From the human T2T-CHM13v2.0 reference genome, Homo sapiens, in the NCBI RefSeq assembly GCF_009914755.1, contig NC_060934.1: 64,000 nucleotides of DNA, one strand, 5' to 3'. The notes under the pieces were generated by a model that made no database searches, was not told the DNA's origin, and was given only the letters and a program-made list of their open reading frames with translations. The position numbers were made by a program, and so were the translations under genes. Of the stretch, positions 24,444-37,443 are shown one piece after another; position 1 is the first letter of the stretch, and each line of letters begins with the position of its first letter.

Positions 24444-25352
24444 ATCATGTCAGGAGGAGCTCCAGCAAAGTATCTGTAAGGGAAGGGGTGAGTGAGCCTG
24501 AAGGCTCTTGAGAGTGAAAAGGAAACAGGACTCAAGCCTCTCTTTGGTCACAGACTCAGCTACCTTCTTTCGGAGATTTCCTCCACAGGGATACACTGAA
24601 AATGCCACTCAGGTTTCAGAAGCCTCTGAGTGAGGAGCCCCAGACTCCTGCCTTTTATATACCCATCTCCCGCCCTCATGCCTTCTGGAAATGGTGCTAA
24701 GTATAGCTGGGTTGGATCCCTGGCTCAATACTACATCACAACCAGAGACTGAGGAATAAACATGCCAGGGTGGGGCTTTTTCTCTTTGCCCGGGATGGCT
24801 CTGCCTCCATCTCTCTCAGCTCTCAGCGAAAATCCTCCCCTGCAGCCAGAGGCCCTTACAGACCCTAAGCCTCTGCTCCTGCTCTTCTCCAGCAGGTGCT
24901 GCCTCCCCTTCTCATCTCTGCATCTGTCTGTCCTGCAGAGCTCAGTTCACACCCCATCTCCTCCAGGGAGGACCACTACAGACTCCAGCCTATTCTGTGC
25001 TCATCCTACGAGCTTTGAACCCATCTGACACTCAACCATGCCCTGTCATCAGAATAGTGCTAGCTTGTTCATCTGGGCAGGTTGGATCTCTTCAAAGGAG
25101 GGAGGAACCCCTAAATCTTGATGATGTCATTTGTGAAATGAGGCCCCTGCTCTGACCACTCAGAACTGCCATTGGGCATCAGGTGAGTTGTCAGATCTAA
25201 AGCCCCTGTCTTGGTGCCAAATACCTAACAGGTGCTCAAGAAATGTAAGACTCTTCTCAATTCCCTTTGTCTACAAGACAGTTTGACAAAGTGGGACCAG
25301 CTCTTCTCCTCCCACAGTAAGCCCAGATGCGTCTCTAGAGATGTGTCTCATG

Positions 25353-25568
25353 CATGTATTCTCAATGGGGGCAAAGTCTCCTCCAGGACGGCAGACATTG
25401 AAAAGTGAAAAAACAACCTTTATGTATAAACACAGATACATACAGAGTACACACACAGATATACAGTGTATCTGTGGTATTAAAATCTCATGGGGAGGGG
25501 GTAAGGAAGTGTTTTTTTAATGCTTAGAAAAGCTCCATAGGTATGCAATAAAGGAAAAAAAAAAGGCA
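25353..25568. mobile_element. hAT-Charlie MITE (MER112-like)
   Basis: catgtattctcaatgggggc...acagatatacagtgtatctgtggtattaaaatctcatgggg. Confidence 0.65.
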
Positions 25569-26059
25569 GGCTCTTCCATGCCCATCTCAGCTGAGCCTCT
25601 TATCACTTGTCTCTTATATTTCCTCTCTTGTGTCTCTTCCAAATCAATAAAGTGATATTTTAGAAAATTCTGCCAAACCCACATTTCTCCCTCCTCCACC
25701 GCCTTCCCAGCCTCTCTGCTCCTGTGCTCATCTAATTTGCTGCCTTTCCTGGGATGTCAGCCTTGCAATTGGCTACAGGGAAAGCAGGCACTGGAGAGCT
25801 GAGAGACTCCAGTCTTGGTTTTCCAGACATAGCAGATGTGACTGTGTTTGTATCTACCCCCAGCAACACCATGGGGAAGCAGAGCTAGGCACTCCTGCCT
25901 CACCCCACCTCCCCACCACCCAGCTTGACTCAGAATGGTGCCTCAAGTCAAAGACCTGCCTGCAACTCCCAAGAGAACTAAATGTTTCCCTCCACTAGGG
26001 GAGGGTTACTGGTGGGTTTGGGCTTAGGCTGGTTTGTTGGAAGGTGGCTGACACTGCAG

Positions 26060-26450
26060 TTTGGCTCACCCAAGGTGGAGTCCAACCTTGCCTGTCCTCG
26101 AAGATGGAAAGCTGAATAATCACCTTCCAGCCTCCCTTGCAGCTATAGGTGGCCACGCCACATATTCTGCAGGGGAAGATGTCTGATAAAAAGCAGGAGG
26201 GAACAGCTTAACCTGATATTGCCCTTCCCCCTTTTCTTTCTACCTTGAAATGGACCCAAAGTCTGAAGCTCTCCATCTCTCTTGCAGCCATGAGTGAAAA
26301 GCCAAGGGAATCCTGACATCCTACAGACAATACCTTGACATGATGTAGCAGCAGCACTAGTGCCAGAAACCCCTACATCTAGACTTCTACTTGTAGGAAA
26401 AACTGCTTTTCTCTCTGTTACATGAAGCCCAAGGAATCCTAACTAACACA
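26060..26450 (+). mobile_element. Old ERVL LTR (LTR33-like)
   Basis: ccagcctcccttgcagcta...tggcca; ends tctgttacatgaagcc...tcctaactaacaca. Confidence 0.55.
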
Positions 26451-26470
26451 GAAGTCAAGAGTGACAGGCA

Positions 26471-27260
26471 CAGACACATGAAAAAATGCTCATCATCACT
26501 GGCCATCAGAGAAATGCAAATCAAAACCACAATGAGATACCATCTCACACCAGTTAGAATGGTGATCATTCAAAAGTCAGGAAACAACAGGTGCTGGAGA
26601 GGATGTGGAGAAATAGGAACACTTTTACACTGTTGGTGGGACTGTAAACTAGTTCATCCATTGTGGAAGACAGTGTGGCAATTCTTCAAGCATCTAGAAC
26701 TAGAAATACCATTTGACCCAGCCATCCCATTACTGGATATATACCCAAAGGATTATAAATTATGCTGCTATTAAGACACATGCACATGTATGTTTATTGT
26801 GGCACTAATCACAATAGCACGGACTTGGAACCAACCCAAACGTCCATCAATGATAGACTGGATTAAGAAAATGTGCACATATACACCATGGAACACTATG
26901 CAGCCATAAAAAAAGGATGAGTTCATGTCCTTTGTAGGGACATGGATGAAGCTGGAAACCGTCATTCTCAGCAAACTATCGCAAGGACAAAAACCAAACA
27001 CTGCATGTTCTCACTCATAGGTGGGAATTGAACAATGAGAACACTTGGACACAGGAAAGGGAACATCACACACTGGGGCCTGTCGTGGGGTCGGGGGGAG
27101 GGGGCAGGGATAGCATTAGGAGATATACCTAATGTAAATGATGAGTTAATGGGTGCAGCACACCAACACGGCACATGTATACATATGTAACAAACCTGCA
27201 TGTTGTGCACATGTACCCTAGAACTTAAAGTATAATTTAAAAAATGCCAAAAAAAAAAAA
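26471..27260 (+). mobile_element. 5'-truncated L1PA (about L1PA4/5) 3' end
   Basis: ORF2 C-terminus, 3' UTR with G-rich tract and poly(A); perfect 14-bp TSD aagagtgacaggca at 26457-26470 and 27261-27274. Confidence 0.97.
26478..27031 (+). pseudogene. L1 ORF2p C-terminal cysteine-rich domain remnant (frameshifted)
   Basis: [28 protein letters not shown]...[18 protein letters not shown]; reading frame broken at about 26772. Confidence 0.9.
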
Positions 27261-27414
27261 AAGAGTGACAGGCATAATCCTTACCCATCTGACTTCCCTG
27301 GAGTCTCTTTATAAACACATCTGTACTACAAAACAGAATGACTAGTGCTTCTCAATGTCCAGAGTGCAGGGAGACTCAGAGATGCTCTGCCATGCTTTAG
27401 GTCCCAGGGTCATG

Positions 27415-27665
27415 GCCTCTCTGCAGGGGGTTAAGCACATGGGCTTTGCACTCAAATTGACCTGGATTCTAGTCCTAACTCCTCCACAAAAGCTGTGTGA
27501 TCTTAGACACCTCACCGTTCTGTATGTCCGTTGTTTTCACTGTAGAATGAAGTTGACAACAGCACTTATCTCATAGAATTGTTGCAAAGATTAAATGAGA
27601 TATATCACACACTAATCTCAGTGCCTGGCACATACTGTCTTCTCAATACGTGTTAGCTGTCAAGA
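27415..27665 (+). mobile_element. MIR, near full length
   Basis: ggttaagcacatgggcttt...gctgtgtgatctt...gattaaatgaga...gtgcctggcacata. Confidence 0.8.
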
Positions 27666-28419
27666 TAATTTTCCACTTTCCCTTTCTGGGTCTAAGTCCT
27701 TCTATGAGCTTGTCTGTCTCATTTCCCAATTATTTCTCAGTGTTTTCTCATTTCCTTATCTCTGTAGCTCTTTCCTTCTCCTTTCTCTGTTTCTCCATCT
27801 CTCTGCATGTGGCTCCATTTTTGTCTGGCTTTTTCTCCCTCCTCCCTCATTCCCATTCAGGTTTACAGTGGAGAAACACAGCAATTTGCCTAATTTTCCC
27901 TCTCCCAGGTCAAGAGAAAGCCCTTCCCAGGCTCTCAGTCACAGTTCCTTAGACGTGGGTCCCCCAGATCCCCTTGTGTTCTGAAATGCCTGTGATGGGA
28001 AGGGGAGGGGATGGTGATGTGGTCTCCTGCCAGGAAAAGTTGCTGAAGGTTGGGGCTGGTGAAGGGGGTAGTGAGAGAGGGGCCTGCTGCCCTGCCTCAG
28101 GAATCACGTCCACTTCATGACTGGCTTTAGCAGCTGAGTCTAAAAGCTTTGGAAGGAAACGCTGGGTCCACCACTGGCTCCATTCCTGCCTCCCTTTCTG
28201 GCCTGCCCCAGGATTCCTTGGCAGAACTTGGAATTTGGTATAGTCAGGGACAAACTCTTCTCTCAGATGCTTACTGTCCCAAATGGAAAGCAAGACCTAA
28301 GTGCATAATCCTAACCCACCATGGACAGACCCCTCTGGCTCCACAGCACCCAAAAGACCCCTCTGGTGAGGGGAGCAAGTCACCAATAATAACCCACAAC
28401 ACTTGCCCTGCACTGATGC

Positions 28420-28850
28420 TGCTTCAAAGGCCTTTCCTGTGCCAACCTACTGACATCCTTGCAGCTGCACCAAGGAACAGACTCCTCTTTCCCCATTTTA
28501 CAAATGTCATGGCACATGGGGGCTAAGTGATATGTTCAAGGTCACACAGTTATAAATAGCAAAGACATGTTCCAATCTAAGCAATAACAACAGCAATAAT
28601 AACAGCAACAGCAAAATAATATTAAGATAATTTTAATGATAAAAACACAATGTAGCATTTATTATATGCCAGGCACATGCAAGGGCTTTGCATCTATTAG
28701 CTCATTAAATCTGACGCCTACCCTGTGAGATAACTACTATCATTGTCCCCATTTTACAGGTGGAAGGGAAGGTCAAGGGAAATTCAGTCATTTGCCCAAG
28801 GCCTCGATACCATAAGAGTGTGGATTCAGGGATGTGCATGCTGCAGTGGC
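28420..28850 (-). mobile_element. Two MIR copies with AAC/AAT-rich spacer
   Basis: ccccattttacaaatg and ccccattttacaggtg antisense cores. Confidence 0.7.
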
Positions 28851-29594
28851 CAAGGCCCACAATCTTATGGGACAGCTGACCACCCAACCCCCAGCCAGAT
28901 TCCTACAAGCCCCAGGAGTAAACACTCCCATGAAGAATCAGCTCAAGCTCACCTCCAGGCTGAGACAAAGGGTCACCAAGGACTGGCCACCACACGAATG
29001 CTTCTCCTTGGTCTTACAAAACATGAAAGGTGCTATTATCAGAAGCCATGCCTGCTTGCAAACTACAGAGGTGACACGAGGTAAATTCATTTCCTTCCTG
29101 TCAAGAGAAACTCAACAAGGGTATAATCAGAAGCTAATGTGTGTACTGTGATTGGGCCCATCACGGGGTGGCACATAATTGAACAAGTTCTCCATGCCTG
29201 GAGGAGCAGAGCCGAGCCCCATCACTGGGAAGTGTCACTCATCTGGCCAGCACACATTGGTTTTTAATAACATTATGGAAATAATGCTGCAGGGCTGTGG
29301 AAAGGACAGAAGCTTGAGGGGCAGGGCCTCATCAGGTCTCCGAGAGCTTTGACCTTGAGAAAGAACCTTCTGGCCCCATCCAGAATAGCCACTTTCCTCA
29401 GGGATCTCTCCTGTAGGCTTTGTGGATTTATGTCTCCTGGGCTTAAGGAACAGGGCTTGGTGTGGCTGAACCTTCTTGCTGAATGGATCCCAGGGGACCC
29501 CAGGTGAGCATTGAGGCCGGGTTCTCAAGAGACTGAAGGGGGTCGGGGGGTTACCAGAGAGAGGACAGGCCCTTTGCTTCCCCAGTAACTGTTG

Positions 29595-29810
29595 ACAATG
29601 GTAATACCTCCATGGCCCCTACTATGAATCAGATAATTTTCTGAGGACTTTATGTATATTAACTCATTTAAACTGAAAAACAATCCATGTGATAGGTATT
29701 GCCATTGTCCTGATTGTATAGATAAAGAAATTGAGGCACAGAGAGGTGAATTTATCTAAGATCACACAGGTGGGAAGTTGTGTTTGAGCCCGGGCAGTCC
29801 ATCATCCTAA
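29595..29810 (-). mobile_element. MIR
   Basis: tatattaactcatttaa...agataaagaaattgaggcacagagagg. Confidence 0.8.
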
Positions 29811-29904
29811 CCATACTCCCTACTGCCTCAATGAGCTGACACAGCCCAGCCCTGATAAAGGGGGTGGCAGAGGGGAGGGGGATGAGGTGCCTTCCTGGCT
29901 GTTG

Positions 29905-30140
29905 GCATTCATTTCATTCACATTTTTATCAGGCACCCCTTTCGACCAGATACTGCTGTAGGCACTGAGGATACAGTGGAGTATAAATAGATAAGAGTTA
30001 TATTCTAGCGAGGAGACACAAATCCCATATAAATGTACAAATAAGACAATTTCAGAGAATGCCAAATACAATCAAGAAAATAAAACCAAGAGGTCATAGT
30101 GTCCGTGGCAGGAAAAGGTAAGGAAGTTATTTTAGAGAGG
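29905..30140 (-). mobile_element. L2 3' fragment
   Basis: cattcatttcattcacatttttatc...taggcactgaggatacagtgg. Confidence 0.7.
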
Positions 30141-31039
30141 AGGAAAAGGTAACTTTAAGAACCAGAGACAACTGTTTAGGAGAAGGCCTAGCCAAGACTG
30201 AATAATTCATGTGTTAAGAGGTTTTCAATCACCTACCAAATACAGGAAGGAACCAGTCATTGAGGCTATTGAGAAGTCAAGAAGTTAGAGACCTATGAAG
30301 ACAAAGGCAGCCTGGGCTCTGCTCCACCTGCCCACTCATGGGCCTAGGCATCAGAAGCTCCGCCATCTTGCACTGCAACCCTGGAAGCCACAGTCTCTTC
30401 AGTGCCATCAGGGAAGACAGCAACTGCACCACCACACACAGGCATCCCCTGCCCCAGCCCAGAAGTGATGCACATCCCTTAGTGCCTCATGTCCTGCCTA
30501 ACAGTGGATGCTGGAAATTTACAGGAGCAACTGGAATATTCATAAGCCTAACTGCCTCGGCCACCAGCCCACAAGGGACACTAATGGAGACAGCAGAGTT
30601 GCGTGAGGGCTCACGAGCTAAGAGGTGGAACCCAGCCAGGCTGAGTAGAAAGTAAGCCATCGACAAGCAGGGAGTTAATAGGTTTTTCCAAATGAACGGT
30701 CCTTAATTTCAATTCATTGAGAGGTGAGGGATCAGGTGAAGGAAGCAAGGTGAAAAGGAGGATTAATCCATCCATCAAGGACCTTGGGTACTGAAAACAT
30801 GAAAAGATGAATGCATTTGTGAGACATACTGATTCACTACCATGAGAAATAATTATCTTGAAGCTTATTTGGTCCCAGAATCAATCTTTATTTAACCGTA
30901 CTTATTTTTGGTGGCTCATCCTGCTTGCCTCTCTTGGAAACTCAAGAAATGCTTTCTCTATTTTTTTTTTTGGGTAAATTCCAAAGACTTGCATATTTCA
31001 TATTTTTCAACAGGATGATCTTTGTGTAGACTGACTGTC

Positions 31040-31545
31040 TTCCCTCTTCACTAGTCCTCTCTATCATTGGACCTCACCCGTAGTAATCACTCACTCCACA
31101 ATCATCTTCTCTTGTTTCCTGCATCACTCATCACTACCTTAAAGTATTATTTATTGATTTATTATTTTTTTATAATCTGACTCTTCTATTGTAATATAAG
31201 GTGGGTAAAGACGGAGACCTTTCCTGTCTCCGTTGGCCACATCCCCAACACCACACCAATCAAGCAACAGACTAAGGACACAGCTAAATAAATGAACAAA
31301 AAGATAATAATAACAATCACGTGTTAGTCTTCATAACAATCTTCATTTATTCTTTTTGATTATTCCCATGTTACAAATGAAGAAATGGAGGCACAGAGAA
31401 TAATTAAGTAACTTGCTCAAGGTTATACAGATATTGTAAAACAGCCAGGATTTGAAACCAGAGAGTTTGGCTAGAGGTTCCATGCTTTGTTGGTATAAAT
31501 ATTTAAGAAATATTTGTTGATTGAATGAATAATAAATAAATGAAT
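31040..31545. mobile_element. L2 (+) fragments with interposed MIR (-) at about 31320-31490
   Basis: L2 body and aaatatttgttgattgaatgaat tail; MIR ttacaaatgaagaaatggaggcacagag. Confidence 0.65.
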
Positions 31546-32099
31546 GGCTTCCTTGTGTTTCCTGCCTTCTTTACCAGGGTTATTTGCCTTCAACTTTCAC
31601 TGGACCCTCTATGTATCAGGCATGGTCTTAAATTCTCTTCACACATTATTCAGTTGAGGGTAGTCCCATCTACCATATCTCCATAGAATCGGTCCCAAGC
31701 CTGGTACTTAGAACTGCCCTGCATTGTCAGGCTCCCCCTTTGCCAGGTGGTGCTCCCTAATCTGAAATCATGGACTGAGTACCTTCAAAAGAAAAATTAA
31801 ACCAAAGATCAGGAGGAGATGCTTCTGACTTAGTGAGTCTAGAAGACCCTGGCCTCCCTTGCCCACTCTGCCCAGAAACTGAATCCCAGAGAGATGAAGT
31901 TATGGGTTTCATACCTGTGTCTGCCCATCAACCCAAGGGGGACAAATGCCAACATAGAATGACAGAGAGGGAAGGAAGAAAGTGTTTTTCCTAATTAATT
32001 GGCTCTAAAAGTGGAGAGGAACCAAGTTGGGTTATTATAGAAGCATCAGCGTCCGACACAGGTCTTCAACTGCCATGCAAATACCCCCTACTCTGCACC

Positions 32100-32245
32100 A
32101 TGCAGTTCCCATGGTTTACTCTGTTGTGATGTAACTGTGCATGTTTCTACCTGAACCCATTGAACACGGCTTTGTGCTTGAACCTTGAACAATGCCTGGG
32201 ACACAGTTGGTGCTCAATAAATAATGATGGGATAAATGAATGAGG
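32100..32245 (+). mobile_element. L2 3' end
   Basis: aacaatgcctgggacacagttggtgctcaataaat. Confidence 0.65.
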
Positions 32246-33389
32246 GATCCCCATTCTCCTACCTACCTTGGCCTTGTCATCATCTCTCACTTTTGCGACT
32301 GCCAGATAACACCTAGCTCTATCCCCTTGAGCCATCCAAGTCTCAGACACATTCATATACTGACTGACCTTGAATACATACTCCCTTCCTGAAAGAGATG
32401 CTTCCCAGGACCCTGCATCATGGAAAATAGGAATATCATGGTAAACGTTGCTTTAATTGAACAGTGGAATCTATGCTAGTCTTCATGACGAACCTTGAAA
32501 CACAAGAGTGCTGCAGTAACCATCATTCCTGAATTGTGGAACTTCACAGACTCAGGTTAGCCCCAAGTGATGCTTTGCTGAGCAATTTAAAACCCAGTCA
32601 TGCAAAGCCAAGTGCTTTCATGTTTGAGAAACAAAAACATTTCAACTGCTCAGCACATCTAAATCAGTACTCCCTTAACAACCCACCTTGGTTCTTCCCC
32701 TTGATTCTGAAAGCCAATTTAGTAAGAAAAGCATATTAATAATCTTGCCCTCTCACTGGCCTTCCCTCCCTCCCTCCTATTCCAGCATCTTGCAGCTGGT
32801 ACCTTGGGTCATTTGTTTTGTTTTTGTCCCTTAGGCTGAAGTGCGTCCACAGTTTTGAAACTGCTAACTAGAGTTTATATGGAAAATTCAGATTAGAAAC
32901 AAATTCAAATGCACTCTCTCATTTTCCTGTAATACACTGGGTTTCTTCCCCCAATCAGCTAGAAGACTTGCTGGGTACCTCCTCATTGTGTCCTGTTGGA
33001 AAGTGTCTCTTCTGGTCACCTTGACTGTTAAATAAGTAAACAGACTCATTGGGGTTGCTGTGTCCTGTGACATTGGCACAGACTCTCACCCCAGCCAAGC
33101 ATGCACATATCAATGGGCCACCATCTGTGGCAGAATTACCAGACCCAAGATGGAATTTGATGCATCTGTCCTGGTGAAATGGCATTATACTTCTGCCATA
33201 TTCTTCTGGTTCAAGAACATTGTCCTCAAGCCCAAGGGACAGCCCTGTCCAGCATAAACATGATTAAAATGCCCATTGCCCGACTGCCCTGCTGACCAAG
33301 AAACATGGCCAAGCACAGAGTCTGCAAGCAGCCTGCATGTGGGTCTAAAGAAGAGGAAGGGGGAAAGTGTTTCCAGAAAGTAAGGTTGC

Positions 33390-33565
33390 CAAGATTTGAA
33401 TCTCAATGTCACAATCTGGCTTTATGACCTTGGGTGAGTCCCTTAATCCCACAGAGCCTCAGTTTCCCCATCTGTAAAATGAAGAGTACCAATATCCTGA
33501 TGTGTTGTGAGGATTACATGAGATCATTTTCGTAAAGCACCCTAGCACAGAGCCTGATACAGTGT
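33390..33565 (+). mobile_element. MIR
   Basis: gagcctcagtttccccatctgtaaaatg...tgttgtgaggatta. Confidence 0.85.
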
Positions 33566-33574
33566 CATTGGGAG

Positions 33575-33785
33575 CTAAGATTTACCAGCACTCATCATAT
33601 ACCAGGCCTTGTGCATGAACCCCACCTACATTATGTCATTAAGCATCACTGCATGCATAAGAAATGGGTGTTACCATCCCTATGTTACAACAGAGAAGAC
33701 TGATGGTCAGAAAAGTTAAGTAACCTGCACAAAGGCAAGGAGGTAGAGATGAGTGAACTTAGGATTGGAACTCAGGACTCTCTTA
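33575..33785 (-). mobile_element. MIR
   Basis: cagaaaagttaagtaacctgcacaagg...ggattggaactcagg. Confidence 0.65.
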
Positions 33786-34169
33786 ACCACATGAAGAGAA
33801 TCCAAGTGGAAGGTGCCTCCTACCAACGCTGAGATGAGGTTCGTGTCTGTGGGCCCCTGTCTGAGGCTGGTTGACAAGAAGCTTTAGAGAGACGCTTGGG
33901 GATGGCAGGCTTGCAGCCAGAGGCCAGGGTTTGACTCCTGTATGGGCTGTGTGACCAGGGGCCTCTTTACCGCTCGGGTGTGCTTCACCTCCTTCCTCCA
34001 TAAGACAAGGACAACTGCATCTTCCCTGTAAGACTATTGGGAATAAAACAATAGGGCTTTGTGACCTTTGACCTAAGGTAGGATTCTTATACTACCCCAT
34101 GCTCTATGACATGATAAGAAGACAGTACCAACACTCAGCACAGTGTTAAAAGATTCCAGCAAATAATAA

Positions 34170-34385
34170 TGGATACTAACATAATAATAGCTACCATATA
34201 TAGAATACATTATATTTCAGAAACTGTACTAAAACCTTAATTAAAGCACTTAATCCTCAATGCAACCCTGTGAAGTAGATGCTTTTTATTATCCCCTTTT
34301 ACAGATGAGGAAACTGAGGCATGTAATGATTAGGTGACTTGCTCAAGGTCACAAAACTAAGTGCTGAAAACTTGGGATTCACATG
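34170..34385 (-). mobile_element. MIR
   Basis: ttttacagatgaggaaactgaggca...tgacttgctcaaggtcaca. Confidence 0.85.
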
Positions 34386-35448
34386 GTTGCATCAAAACTT
34401 TATTGAAAGGATTGGTCAATCCAAGTGAACAACACATCTGGACTGTGCCCCATAGAAACAAGCATTTTAGTTTCACTAGAATCACCGGGATAAACAGAGG
34501 CAAGCTAACCCCTTTACTACAGGACATCTATGGTCTTTAACTTGTAAATACGAGGAAACCATCAAGAGGGAGATAGAGTATGCAGCCTTTCCTGAGCTTT
34601 GAGGGGCAACAGTGTGCTCTGACATACGATTCGAGATGTACCAAGTCTGAGTCATTTACCCTAAATAGAACAGCCTTCCATTGGCTGTTGGAAACACAAA
34701 GTAAAACCCAAAGAAGAGAGAAAGCAAAAGTGAAGAGGCCATTGTCCTCGATCCTTTATCTTTTGTTCTCTGATTCAGATCAGGAGAGGTGTGTATGCCT
34801 GCAGACCTGGACACCCGCAAGCCACATGCTGAATGAAGGCCCACAGAAGTCCCAAAAAAAGATGGAACCAGGGAAAGGAGGTCAGCCTGGAACAGTCCTG
34901 GGAAGCTGAGACCCAGCCCAGAACCTGCTGGAATCAATAGTCTTTAACACAACTGTGACATTAGCTTGGGCTGCTGGGATCCGTCTTGAAAGAAGAAGCT
35001 TTGTATATTTCTGCTCTTATTCCCCACAGGATCCAGAAATATATTTCTGTAATTCTTTTAGCTGATAAGTATGAAAAACAGAATTTTAAATATTCCAGTA
35101 GGGACCTGACAGAACAGGGCCATCTTCATTAGCTGCTGAATTTCCCAATGACTCCTAGAAATTGACACAATTAGACAAAATTAAGTGCTTCTGTCCTGAG
35201 GATAGGCCGCCACTGTTCTTTAGGGCATATCTTTGCAAAGGAAGGTGCTGGAATTCCTCACAAAAGCCACATCCCTCTCTCTCTCACACTCTTTCTCTGA
35301 GCAAATCTAAAATCTAGTGCCAAATTCCTTGGAGCTAATTCTAAAACCAGGAAAGCTTTTTGTAAGATTATAAAGATTGTATTGGACTTTGAAGATGAGT
35401 CCCTTTGCTCAGCAACTTACTTTCTTAATGCAATCCCTGAATTCTCCT

Positions 35449-35813
35449 TGCTATGCTCTGAATGTTTATGCCTGCCCACCCCCAATTCATACGTTGAAAC
35501 CTCATCACCAATGTAATTATATTAAGAGATGAAGCCTTTGGGAGGTGATAACGTCATGGAGACAGAGCTCTCATGAATGAGATTCATGCCCTTATAAAAG
35601 AGCCTCCAGAGAGCTGCCTTGCCCCTTCCACCATGTGAGGACACAGCAAGAAAGTGCCATCTATGAACCAGACAGCGGGCCCTCACCAGACACCAAATCT
35701 GCTGGTGTCTTGACCTTGAACTTTCCAGCCTCCAGAACTGTGAGAAATAAATGTGCTTATCAGCCCCCCAAGTTTATGGTATCTTGTTACAGCAGGCCAA
35801 ACAGACTAAGACA
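35449..35813 (+). mobile_element. MLT1A0 solo LTR
   Basis: tgctatgctctgaatgtt...ccttataaaagag...gagaaataaatg...agactaagaca; TSD ctcct/ttcct. Confidence 0.9.
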
Positions 35814-36271
35814 TTCCTCCATCCTCCCATCGACTGGGCAAAAGGATAATATTACTTCCATTTCTATGGTGATTATGGAAACTCAGACCCAGCAAGTGGC
35901 TCCCAACCCACTGGGTGAGTAAGCAGGGAAACTGAGGTTAGGAAATGAACTCAGTTCCTTTTCTCCCCATCATCTTTTCTCCCCTATAAGAAACTTATCA
36001 GCAGTTCTTTTGCATGTAGAGTCAATCAGAAAATCATTAGCCAAGGTCAGACAAGAAACCACAGCTTTGGTTTCTTTGATTTCAAGGTTAGAATAAGAGC
36101 AATGGAACTTTAAAGAGCATGGATGGTAGTAACTGTCTCTGAGAAGCCAGCCACTCAAACTTTCCAGGCCCAGAATCAACATTTATTTGGAAAAACTTTT
36201 TGTTGTCCATTTTTTTAAAGAGCTCTAAACTTCCAGTGAGTCTTATGTAGATCTGTTTATATGCCCATTTC

Positions 36272-36572
36272 TTCTTTTATTTTTTGAGACAGAGTCTCGC
36301 TCTGTCACCCAGCCTGGAGTATAGTGGTACGATCTCGGCTTGGCTCACCGCAACCTCTGCCTCCCAGGCTCAAGCGATTCTCCTGCTTCAGCCTCCCGAG
36401 TAGCTGGGACTACAGGCGCCTGCCACCACACCCGGCTAATTTTTGTATTTTTAATAGAGATGGGGTTTCACCATGTTGGCCAGGCCAGTCACAAACTCCT
36501 CACCTCAGGTGATCCACCAGCCACGGCCTCCCAAAGTGCTGGGATTATAAGCATGATCCACTGTGCCCAGCC
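36272..36572 (-). mobile_element. AluSx-like, full length
   Basis: Complete antisense dimer; TSD tatatgcccatttc/tacatgcccatttc. Confidence 0.95.
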
Positions 36573-37234
36573 TACATGCCCATTTCATAGGCAAGAATAC
36601 TGATGCATAGGGCACACCACACTTTACAGGCACAAGAATGAACAAGTCTTTAGAGGGTAACTATTTCTTGTGCAAGAATCAAATGCAACTGCTGACACTT
36701 ACAGTTTTATCACTGGTGACAGCATGAGTGGCTGAGTGAGCAGGATGAATCTTGAGCCTGGGGTGTAGACCAGAGCAGGGGCTTCCAGGTGCTCACACCT
36801 CTGGAAAGCAAGAGGAACTGGAACAGTTGGAGTTCAGAATAGGCTAAAAAATCTCCTGCCAGTCTTCACAGCAGAATCTCTGAGTGGAGCACACAGCCAT
36901 TTTGAAGTTGGCCTACTTGGATGCCAGGGCTCAAAAATTCTAATGTGGCCAAAGAAACCTTCAGAGAACTACAGCAAATTCAACTGATAAATTTGTTCTA
37001 CTCTAGAAAAGACACTGCCAAAATTCCAGTCCCTATCTATCAGGGACCTTGGATAAGTCCCTTCCCCTGCATGCATATCATCACAGACCATCCTCATATG
37101 GGGGTGGGGAGGGTGTCTCTCTCCCCTCTTCAGCTGCCTTCCTACCTCCAGGGGTGCACCAATTCACTGTGATGACCTCACAATCATGCCTGGTGATTAT
37201 GAGGACTTAGTGGGATGATGCTCTGGGCAACCAC

Positions 37235-37443
37235 AGGGATTGCTCACCGGTGACTCAGTGGTTGACTCAAAGGCTAGAGGGTGGTTTGGGGGTGGAGGCA
37301 GAGGTCCAGTGAGCTGGGCTCCACCCTTTCTCTCCCTGCAGTCCCAACTCCATTTTTATCTGTGCTATATGTTGGAGTCTAGCCAAGATGTCATTTGAAC
37401 AAAGATTCTGAAAGATCAAAGAAAAAAGTTTGAAAACCACCAG
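37235..37443. mobile_element. hAT-Charlie remnant
   Basis: ctccatttttatctgt...aagatgtcatttgaacaaag...aaaaaagtttgaaaaccac terminus. Confidence 0.5.
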
